A program made the position numbers and the translations under genes. Of a stretch of DNA of 35,377 nucleotides, positions 19,399 through 26,933 are shown piece by piece. Source of the DNA: Acidimicrobiia bacterium. GTDB lineage: Bacteria; Actinomycetota; Acidimicrobiia; Spongiisociales; Spongiisociaceae. The stretch is from contig JBFGLM010000046.1 of NCBI GenBank assembly GCA_041576165.1, forward strand, positions 1 through 35,377. Reading direction: 5' to 3'. How positions within the stretch are numbered: position 1 is the stretch's first letter; every line of letters begins with the position of its first letter. A model generated the notes under the pieces. That model was given only the letters and a program-made list of their open reading frames with translations. It made no database searches and had not been told where the DNA came from.

Positions 19399-20483
19399 GG
19401 CCCGTCGTGAGCACGAAATACCGACACCTCGCATCGGTTGCGGCAGTGGCGCTGCTGCTTGCCGCCTGCGGCAGCCTCGCCGAAGAGCAGGATGGAGACG
19501 GAGGGCCCGCTGCCGGCGACGGCGTGACGGGCGGGCAGGTGACCATGGCCCGCGCCACCTGGAATACGGGCTGGTTCCAGGCCGCGATCTACGCCCAGCT
19601 CCTCGACGAGCTGGGATACGACGTCACCGATCCCGCCGACCTCACCCGCGACGCCAACACGTTCTATCCGGCGCTCGCCCAGGAAGAGGTGGATCTGTGG
19701 GTCAACGGATGGTTCCCGCTCCACGACATCTATCTCGAACGCGAGCTCTTCAGTGGCCAGCTCATCTCGGAGCCGATCGAACCGGTCGGGTTCGAGGTGC
19801 CGTCAGGTGCACTCCAGGGCTACCTCATCGACAAGGTGACGGCGGATGCTATGGGTATCAGCTCGATGAGCCAGCTCGCCGACCCGTCGATCGCAGCTGT
19901 GTTCGACACGGACGGCGACGGGCTGGCCGACCTCTACGGGTGCAACGAGGGCTGGGGTTGCCACCTCGTGATTGACGAGCACCTCGAAGAACTGGATTGG
20001 GGCCGCAACGTCGAACAGGTCGTAGGCGACTACAGCGACCTGATCAACGACGTCGTACGTCCGCGCGTCGAGGCCGGCGAACCCGTGCTGTTCTACACGT
20101 GGACGCCGAACTGGACGATCCAGGTACTCGCTCCCGGCCAGGACGTCGTCTGGCTCGAGTCCCCTGCGCTCGAGGACGACGAGGACCTCCAGACCTCGGT
20201 CTCGGGCCTGGCGGGATGTGCCGGGGCCGATCCATGCGAGCTCGGTTGGCCGGTGAACGACATCAGAGCCGTGGCCAACACGGAGTTCCTCGAAGAGAAC
20301 CCGCCCATCCGCCGGCTGCTCGAAGCGGTGCAGATCCCCCTCCAGGACATCGCCGACCAGAATGCTCGCATGGCAGCTGAAGTCGAGTACACCGATGCGA
20401 TGGTGCGCGCCGATGCGGCGGCCTGGATCGAGGCCAACCGCTCGTTGGTCGACGGCTGGTTGGCAGCCGCTGGGGGCGGATGA
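19395..20483 (+). CDS. proX: Glycine betaine/proline-betaine substrate-binding lipoprotein (ProX/OpuAC family)
   Basis: Lipobox LLAA-C. ProX motifs NGWFPLH, LQGYLIDK, FDTDGDGLADLYGCNEGWGC and FYTWTPNW. ATGA overlap with the BCCT stop (GTG 19407 is an alternative start). Confidence 0.92.
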   Translation: MRPVVSTKYRHLASVAAVALLLAACGSLAEEQDGDGGPAAGDGVTGGQVTMARATWNTGWFQAAIYAQLLDELGYDVTDPADLTRDANTFYPALAQEEVDLWVNGWFPLHDIYLERELFSGQLISEPIEPVGFEVPSGALQGYLIDKVTADAMGISSMSQLADPSIAAVFDTDGDGLADLYGCNEGWGCHLVIDEHLEELDWGRNVEQVVGDYSDLINDVVRPRVEAGEPVLFYTWTPNWTIQVLAPGQDVVWLESPALEDDEDLQTSVSGLAGCAGADPCELGWPVNDIRAVANTEFLEENPPIRRLLEAVQIPLQDIADQNARMAAEVEYTDAMVRADAAAWIEANRSLVDGWLAAAGGG

Positions 20484-20492
20484 CCTCAATTG

Positions 20493-20512
20493 CGCCGGCG
20501 TTGCCGTCGGCG
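20493..20512. terminator. Hairpin between the convergent proX and channel genes
   Basis: CGCCGGCG-TTGC-CGTCGGCG, an 8-bp stem with one G-U pair, in a 43-bp convergent gap. Confidence 0.4.
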
Positions 20513-20526
20513 GAGCAGGCACGCCG

Positions 20527-22611
20527 TCATTCGGTCGTACCGAACCACTTGTCATGGACCTGCTCGTATACGCCGCTCTCGATGATGTCGAGGAGGGCCA
20601 GGTTGATGGCTTCGCGCAGTGCTGCGTCGCCCTCGGCGAGAACCACCCCGTACTGCACACGCTCGAAGTCGGGACCGACCGTTACCACCTTCCCGTCCCC
20701 TGCCCGGGTGGCGTGAAAACGCAGCACCGGGGCGTCGAAGACAACGGCATCGGCCTCCCCGGTTTCGAGCATCCGGTAGGCGCTCTCGACCTCGTCAACC
20801 AACGCCGGCCCCATACCCTGTCCCGACAGGTACCTCTGTCCGGCCGATTCGGCCACGGTTACGACCCGGTTGCCCGGTAGATCGGACGGCCCTGCGATCC
20901 CACCCCGGATCTCCTCGACTGCCAGCGCAGAGGCGATGGCGGCGGTAAACGTGGCGAACACGAGGGTGCCGGCTGCGATCCACACCAGCGCGAGAAGGCG
21001 TCCCACGTTTCCGCGAGCCACCTTGTCCCCGTATCCCACCGTGCTCATCGTCACCACCGACCAGTAGAGCGAATCCCAGATGCCGCGCCCGTAGGGTTCG
21101 GCGAAGTCCGGGTTGTTACGTCGCTCGGACAGCCAGATGAGATGTGCTGCCACGAGGATGGTGACGGCGAAAACCACCAGCAACCAGGGCAGGTCGGACC
21201 CGGCAATCGTCCTCCAGAAGCCCGTGATCTGGTCGATGAGACCCTGGCCCGATTCGGTCGGAACCAGAATCGTCAAGCCCGTGGTCAGCACTGGTAGCGA
21301 GAAGTCGATGATCTCTTCGCGACTCTCCGTGATGGCCACGGCCCCGATGGCGGCATCGGCGGCCCCCCTGGTCACGTCGTCCAGCTGCTTGGCGACGGTG
21401 TCGACACCGTAGACCTCGACTTCCCGTCCCAGCCGCGCTCCGAGTAGCTCGGCCAGCTCGATCTCGAAGCCGCCGTAGGTGCGGTTCTCGTAGATGACGA
21501 AAGGCGGGAGAGCGCGGACCGCGATCCGGAGGGCGTCGCCCGAGCCCGGACCGGCGCCGCGCTGCGTGGTGCCGACGGGCCGCGCCGTCGGGTCGGCGGC
21601 GTCCAACCAATCGGCAACTGTCCCTTCGTTGGCTGCGATCCATGTCTCTGCGTGGCGCTCGATGTCTGCCGGGTCGCCTTCCCCCTCGACCATGAGCGCG
21701 TTCTGCTCGAGGATGTCATCGAGGGGGATCTCGACCTGTTCCAGGAGCCTCTCAACCGCGGGATTTGCCGCCAGGAAGTCGCGGTTGGCGACCGCTCTGA
21801 TGTCGTTCGGCGGCCAACCGGTCTGGCAAGGGTCGGCGGCACATCCGTCCAGGCCGGCGACGAGGGTGCTGTCTTCACCAGACTGGCCCGGTGGCAGCGA
21901 GGGATACGGCGTCTCCAGCCACACCACGTCCTCGCCGGGGACGAGTTCGCCGACCGTCCAGTTCGGGGTGAACGTGTAGAAGAGGATGGGCTCGCCCGCG
22001 TCGAAGCGCTCGATCGCCTCGTGCATAAGAGGGGAGTAGTCCCCCTGCACGTGCTCCACAGTGCCCGTCAGCCCGTAGTCACTCAGGTGGTGGTCGACGG
22101 TCTCGGCGCAGGTCCATTCGACGTTGCACCCGATCAGGTCCGCCTTACCGTCCCCGTCGACGTCGAACTGGGCGGCGAGCCCCGGGTTCGACAGATCGCC
22201 CAGGTTGCTGATGCCGAATTCCTCGGCGCTCGCCTTGTCGACGAAGTATCCCTGGAGCGCACCTGCGTCGACCTGGGTACCCACTAGTTCCACCGGATCG
22301 TCCGGGTCCACGAGGGGCTCGTGGAGTGGAAACCAGCCGTTCACCCACATGTCGATGTCGCCAGCGGCGACGGCATCGTAGAACTGCCGGTTCTCCATGG
22401 TCACCGGACCCTCGACCTCGTACCCGAGCCGGTTGAGGAGCTGCCCGTAGACCTCGGCCTGGAACCATCCGGTGTCCCAGGTGGCGCGCGCCATCCTGAT
22501 GGTCGGCGGTGACTCCGGGTCCTCGTCCTGCGCGGGCGCTACGTCTCCCCCCGAGAGCAGGAGGGCGAGCGACATCACCGTCACCACGACTCCGGTGCCG
22601 GCTCTCCGCAA
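20527..22611 (-). CDS. ProX-domain/GluR0-like ligand-gated K+ channel fusion protein
   Basis: AAGGAG RBS plus TTG, then a signal peptide (…VAPA|QD). ProX domain at ~22510-21600. PBPb S1 (LPPFVI…AIGAVAITESREEIIDFSLP), M1, pore YWSVVTMSTVGYGD (filter 21042-21025), M2 (…FATFTAAIAS) and S2 (ADAVVFDAPVL…INLALL…DKWFG). Confidence 0.93.
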   Translation of the reverse strand: MRRAGTGVVVTVMSLALLLSGGDVAPAQDEDPESPPTIRMARATWDTGWFQAEVYGQLLNRLGYEVEGPVTMENRQFYDAVAAGDIDMWVNGWFPLHEPLVDPDDPVELVGTQVDAGALQGYFVDKASAEEFGISNLGDLSNPGLAAQFDVDGDGKADLIGCNVEWTCAETVDHHLSDYGLTGTVEHVQGDYSPLMHEAIERFDAGEPILFYTFTPNWTVGELVPGEDVVWLETPYPSLPPGQSGEDSTLVAGLDGCAADPCQTGWPPNDIRAVANRDFLAANPAVERLLEQVEIPLDDILEQNALMVEGEGDPADIERHAETWIAANEGTVADWLDAADPTARPVGTTQRGAGPGSGDALRIAVRALPPFVIYENRTYGGFEIELAELLGARLGREVEVYGVDTVAKQLDDVTRGAADAAIGAVAITESREEIIDFSLPVLTTGLTILVPTESGQGLIDQITGFWRTIAGSDLPWLLVVFAVTILVAAHLIWLSERRNNPDFAEPYGRGIWDSLYWSVVTMSTVGYGDKVARGNVGRLLALVWIAAGTLVFATFTAAIASALAVEEIRGGIAGPSDLPGNRVVTVAESAGQRYLSGQGMGPALVDEVESAYRMLETGEADAVVFDAPVLRFHATRAGDGKVVTVGPDFERVQYGVVLAEGDAALREAINLALLDIIESGVYEQVHDKWFGTTE

Positions 22612-22641
22612 TACACGCTCCTTCTGCGGTTGATGGCTCTG

Positions 22642-22672
22642 AGGATAAGGGGACCGCTGCTTGCGCGCGCAA
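22642..22672 (-). promoter_or_regulatory. Candidate promoter and palindromic operator of the channel gene
   Basis: TATCCT (-10-like, 22647-22642) and the perfect 12-bp palindrome TTGCGCGCGCAA (22661-22672) at the -35 position. Confidence 0.35.
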
Positions 22673-23014
22673 CGCCGGACTGCACGCCAGATGCCCGCGC
22701 CACCTACGGTTCATCCGGCTGGATCTCGGCGCAGACCTGGCACAGTTCGCACGGCGCCTCTCGAGATCGCAAGGGAGCGGGGCGTAGCGGTGACACTCTT
22801 CGGCCTCGGGTGGCAGCGATCGATGGACCAGTGACCGGACCTCGCGCTGTACGACTCCGGCGAATAGCACCCGAGTATCCAAGGACCTGTCTCGCCGTCG
22901 GGGTGGTTTATGCACCCATCTACGGAATAGCTTCAGAGGCCTCACGTACTGCCCTGAGGGCACGGCGCATGGATGAACCGTCGTGGCTCAGGGTCTTCGC
23001 GTTGGGTGTCGGCG

Positions 23015-23542
23015 TCACTGCCAGCCGAGCCAGTCGAGGATGTCGCTGGCGACCTGGCGTACCGGCCGATCGTTTGAAATCTGAATGTCTCCGAGCCCGA
23101 CGCCGAGCCCTTCGTGCCACCAGCGACGTGCCTCGCGAAGGTCGTCCTCCCGGCCGGCCGTTATTGCAGTGCTGAGCCTGTCTTCGATCAGCGAAAGCGC
23201 CACGTTCAACTCAACCACCTTGACCGGGAACGGCAGCGTGGCCCGCAGGCCGGTCAGGTCGCTGGGGTCGCGCAACGACCACGCCATCAGGAAACGAGTG
23301 ACACCAGCTTCGAGATACGCATCCGCGACCGAGGCGAGGTTGTCGAAGAGCACCGCCAGAGCCTCGGGCCGCTGTAGCCCGGGGACGTTGAACCACCACA
23401 GCCAATCGAGATCTAGCGCACCGTACGGAGCTGCGGCATCCTCGAGCAAGGCGGCGATGTCCTCGACGACCGTCGACTTGCCCGCGCCGTACAGACCGCT
23501 GACGAGGACCCCGCACGCGTTCGGCTTGACCGATCCGCTCAT
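23015..23542 (-). CDS. Small P-loop kinase-fold protein (AAA/adenylyl-sulfate kinase-like)
   Basis: VLVSGLYGAGKST Walker A, LDLDWL and a lid-like IEDRL…R segment. Confidence 0.82.
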   Translation of the reverse strand: MSGSVKPNACGVLVSGLYGAGKSTVVEDIAALLEDAAAPYGALDLDWLWWFNVPGLQRPEALAVLFDNLASVADAYLEAGVTRFLMAWSLRDPSDLTGLRATLPFPVKVVELNVALSLIEDRLSTAITAGREDDLREARRWWHEGLGVGLGDIQISNDRPVRQVASDILDWLGWQ

Positions 23543-23785
23543 CCGATGATCCTATGGCGTCGAGCCGGGTTCGTCGTCGCACCGCTTACAGCCGACGGCC
23601 ACCTGTGGGGCCATGACCCGTCGAGTGGGCGGTGGTGGCGACCCGCCGGTTTGCGAGCGACGCGGTGCATGCGGACGCTGTCGACGTTGCGGGTCTGGAT
23701 TCCATACGGGCAAGGCCGGCTGGGTGAAGTTCCGGATTTCTTTGGGGTGACGTTGCCCGTCCGTCATCGCGACGGCGTCCTCCCA

Positions 23786-24182
23786 ATCAGCAACCCAGCC
23801 GGTCCGAAGCTGCTGTCCGCGCTTGAATTGGCCTGCGGCTCGCATACGGCGACGGCAGCAGGCGTCGACGACGGCGACCTGATCGTGTATGGCAACATCT
23901 CGAGTGCCGGCGGCTGCACCGGAGGTGTGGCTGCGGGCGACTTCATGGACGTGATCGCGGTTCCGCTCGACAACCCGGCGGAAGCATCGCTGATCCATCG
24001 GGAGCCACTGGCGGGCCCCACCACTGCTGTGACGCCCGGCTGCCACGACGCCGCAGTTCGTGTACGAGTCAGACATCACACGCGGGCTCAATGTGTTCCG
24101 GGTCAGCCACAAAACCACCGGAGGCGCCATCAGGCTCGACCGGTTGAACCCTCATACACAGGACTTCTCGCTCAACGGTTGA
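23786..24182 (+). pseudogene. Decayed LVIVD-repeat secreted protein (5'-truncated, internally deleted)
   Basis: Internal block ISNPAGPKLLSALELACGSHT…GCHDAA joins out of frame at ~24056 to a terminal block FVYESDITRGLNVFRV…RLDRLNPHTQDFSLNG*. Confidence 0.7.
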
Positions 24183-24310
24183 GGTCTGCATCGATCACTC
24201 ACCAGGGCCCGAACCAGACCAGTTCGGGCCCTTTCGTCTGTAACGCCCAGCGGAGACGGCGATCGATTCGGTGGAGAAACCGGCGGGCACCTTCGAGGTG
24301 ACCCGAGGTC

Positions 24311-25507
24311 TTGACGAGGGCCACCGTATACTCCTCCTTCTTGAAAGGCATCGAACTTCCGCCGTTGACGGAGGACTTCACCGCGGATCCGGTGGAGCTC
24401 TTTTTTGACCTGGCCTATGTCTTCGCCTTTTCGCAACTGGTTGCATTACTGATCGACGATCCGACCTGGGCAGGGGTTGGGCGGGCCGCCCTGTTGTTTG
24501 GGCTGTTGTGGTTGCCATGGCAACAGCTGACCTGGGCCGCCAATGCGGTGTCTGGCAATGGACGTCCCGTCAGGCTGTTGTTCCTGGTCGCGACAGTCGT
24601 GAGCATTCCGATGGCCGCTTCGACGTCGACGGCGCTCGAGGGCGGTGGAAAGGTGTTTGCGTTCAGCTTGACCGGGATCATGCTCATCGGCTTCTGGATG
24701 CAGACGCTGGGTGCTGTGGGGCGCAGCGACTACCGGGCGATTGTCTTCGGGTGGATCACACCGAATGTCGTCGCCATGGGCGTGCTCGTGGTCGGGTCGT
24801 TCTTCGAGGGCGGCACCAGGCTGGCGCTGTGGCTCGCCACGGCCGCCATCGTGCTGTGGGCGATGATCAGGGCGGCGGAAGGGGAGTGGCCGGTGCACTC
24901 CGGTCATTTCGCCGAACGGCACGGGCTCATCGTGATCATTGCTCTCGGCGAAGTGATCGTGGCGATTGGAATCCCGGTCGTGGCGACACTCCAGGCGGGC
25001 GAGAGCCTGTCGGGAGCGACCATTGCGGCGCTGTCGGCGGCCGGCGTGTTTGCTGGTCTCTTGTGGTGGGCATACTTCGATCGGCCCAGCCCCGGTCTGG
25101 AGTTTGGTGCATCGCGCCTGGGCGGCAGGGAAATCGGCCATTACGTGCGCGATGTGTACACGTGGGCGCATGCGCCATTGGTGGCCGGGATCATCTTGGC
25201 GGCGGTTGCGCTGGAGGAGATCGCATTGCACCCCGAGGACGCAGTAGACCTACCTTTCCGGTTGATGCTCGCCGGAGGTCTCTCTCTCTTCTTGGTGGGC
25301 GTGTTTCTTGCGGTGTGGCGGGCCTTTCGGGCTCCGGCGACAGAACGGGTGGTCGGTGCCATCGTCATCACCGCGATCGTTCTCATGGGTAGCACGGTCG
25401 CGGGAGTGGCGTTGCTGTCCATCGTCGTGGCAGTCATGCTCGTGGTGCTGGCGACCGAGCACCGCCGGGTGGAACGTCTCCGCCGTGACTCCGGCGTGGA
25501 ACAGTGA
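24311..25507 (+). CDS. ltrA: Low temperature requirement protein A (LtrA) family membrane protein
   Basis: ELFFDLAYVFA, HFAERHGLIVIIALGE, LWWAYF and YTWAHAPLVAGI. Start uncertain (TTG 24311 or 24341). Confidence 0.92.
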   Translation: MTRATVYSSFLKGIELPPLTEDFTADPVELFFDLAYVFAFSQLVALLIDDPTWAGVGRAALLFGLLWLPWQQLTWAANAVSGNGRPVRLLFLVATVVSIPMAASTSTALEGGGKVFAFSLTGIMLIGFWMQTLGAVGRSDYRAIVFGWITPNVVAMGVLVVGSFFEGGTRLALWLATAAIVLWAMIRAAEGEWPVHSGHFAERHGLIVIIALGEVIVAIGIPVVATLQAGESLSGATIAALSAAGVFAGLLWWAYFDRPSPGLEFGASRLGGREIGHYVRDVYTWAHAPLVAGIILAAVALEEIALHPEDAVDLPFRLMLAGGLSLFLVGVFLAVWRAFRAPATERVVGAIVITAIVLMGSTVAGVALLSIVVAVMLVVLATEHRRVERLRRDSGVEQ

Positions 25508-26051
25508 GGCGTACGTGGTCTGGTGAGCCAGTCCGCCTCCGTTCTCGACCCAATGCTGCCAGAGTCCCGGTCGGCATCGGGCTCGATGGCGGCTGCTCGG
25601 GTCGGGCGGTCGATCGTCGCAAGCGATGGATGGGCCTGGTAGCTGCCGCGTGAGCGCAACGGTTCCGGGGCTTCCGAGCGCACGAATCGGGGCAGGCCTG
25701 AACCTCTAAGGGCTCGGCAGCGCCGAATCGACGGCTTGACGATGTACACAGGCCCTATTTGAGACGGTGATCGAGTAGATCGGGTCGGCACGAGCGGGTC
25801 GAGGTAGGTGCCGGCTGGGCTGACCTATCTGAACCGGGGTTTTACTTACGGCGTAAGCCAGCGTTCCAGAGCGCTTCGCCCATCAGCGGGCTTTCGGCGA
25901 CGAGGTGGGGTGCAACCGCCATATCAGCGCCGGTTGAGTACTCGGGGATGAGCAATGTGTGCCGACCTCGTGTGGAAGTAGACGGCCTGAGCGCCGACGA
26001 GCAGAAGTTCTCGAAGATGATCACCGAGAACCAACGCAGTGTGCGGCCGCT

Positions 26052-26675
26052 TCAGCATGTCGGCCCTGCGAGGCCGGTGAGCAGCGTGTAGGCGGCGGCT
26101 TTGGTCGGGCAGTCGAACTCGGTCACGTCCCATGGCTTGTAACGGCCGCCAGCGATTCCCCACACGAGGATTTCGGCGGCGTTCTCTTTGCCCAATTCAC
26201 TCCACGATCCCTCGTCCCAGTCAGGGAGGTACAGCAATTCCAGCAAGGCGGCCTTCGTCGCCTCGTCGATTCTCGGCTCGATATATGCGTGGGCTAGCTC
26301 GTGCCACAGGGTGCGGGTTCGGGGGATGTGGCGGATGTCGGGGTCTGCTTGTGGGTAGCACACGTCGATGGTGGCGGTGCCGTCGAACCACAGGCGGTAG
26401 TAACCATCGTTGCCGTAGCAATATGCCGGATCGCCGTGGAACCGGATGTCGACGTCAGGAAACTCGAGTCCGGCGTCGGTATACCTCTGGCGGGCCGCGT
26501 TCACGGCGGCGGTCTCTTCCGTTGCCAGTACCGGGTCGATTGTGCTCTGCGTCGGCTCGAGCGTTGCTGCTGCACTTTCGTGGATGTCGACCGTTGGACC
26601 GAACAGCAACGCGGAAATCATGATCGAGATTGCAAAGCGAGTCTTCCACAGCGTCTGAATCGGGTGCTTCGCCAT
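26052..26675 (-). CDS. Secreted protein with HExxH zincin-like motif
   Basis: AAGGAG RBS before ATG 26675, hydrophobic signal region, TLWHELAHAY followed by a downstream KENAAE, and four Cys. Confidence 0.75.
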   Translation of the reverse strand: MAKHPIQTLWKTRFAISIMISALLFGPTVDIHESAAATLEPTQSTIDPVLATEETAAVNAARQRYTDAGLEFPDVDIRFHGDPAYCYGNDGYYRLWFDGTATIDVCYPQADPDIRHIPRTRTLWHELAHAYIEPRIDEATKAALLELLYLPDWDEGSWSELGKENAAEILVWGIAGGRYKPWDVTEFDCPTKAAAYTLLTGLAGPTC

Positions 26676-26713
26676 GACCGTGCGCTCCTTCTGTGTGGCG
26701 TGAGCGCACGGTC
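26676..26713 (-). promoter_or_regulatory. Perfect 12-bp hairpin occluding the RBS of the HExxH gene
   Basis: The mRNA reads GACCGTGCGCTC-acgccacacagaag-GAGCGCACGGTC-ATG. The SD (AAGGAG) straddles the loop and the 3' arm. Confidence 0.6.
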
Positions 26714-26933
26714 CGTTGGCGCGGTCGAGCACCTGCGAAGTGGGGGTGATACGCAGAGGCTGGGGCGGCCGCCGGTGAGGTGGTCAGGAGGTCCGTGATC
26801 CGCTAAAACGCAGTCGTGGCACGGCTTTCGACCTGTCGGGGCGGACTTTGCAGGTTCTTGACAGCCCCGGCCGAGGCTTGCCGGTATGGAGCAGCACAGC
26901 CCGCGGCTCGGCGTGGCCGCGTATGGTCAAGAA

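Noticed and set aside
23546-24301. 251-aa ORF as an intact gene
   Set aside because: Only the middle matches a protein family. It is better explained as the LVIVD relic.
25508-26051. 540-bp gap between ltrA and the HExxH gene as a possible ncRNA or small gene
   Set aside because: No convincing ORF, repeat, tRNA fold or known RNA motif recognised.
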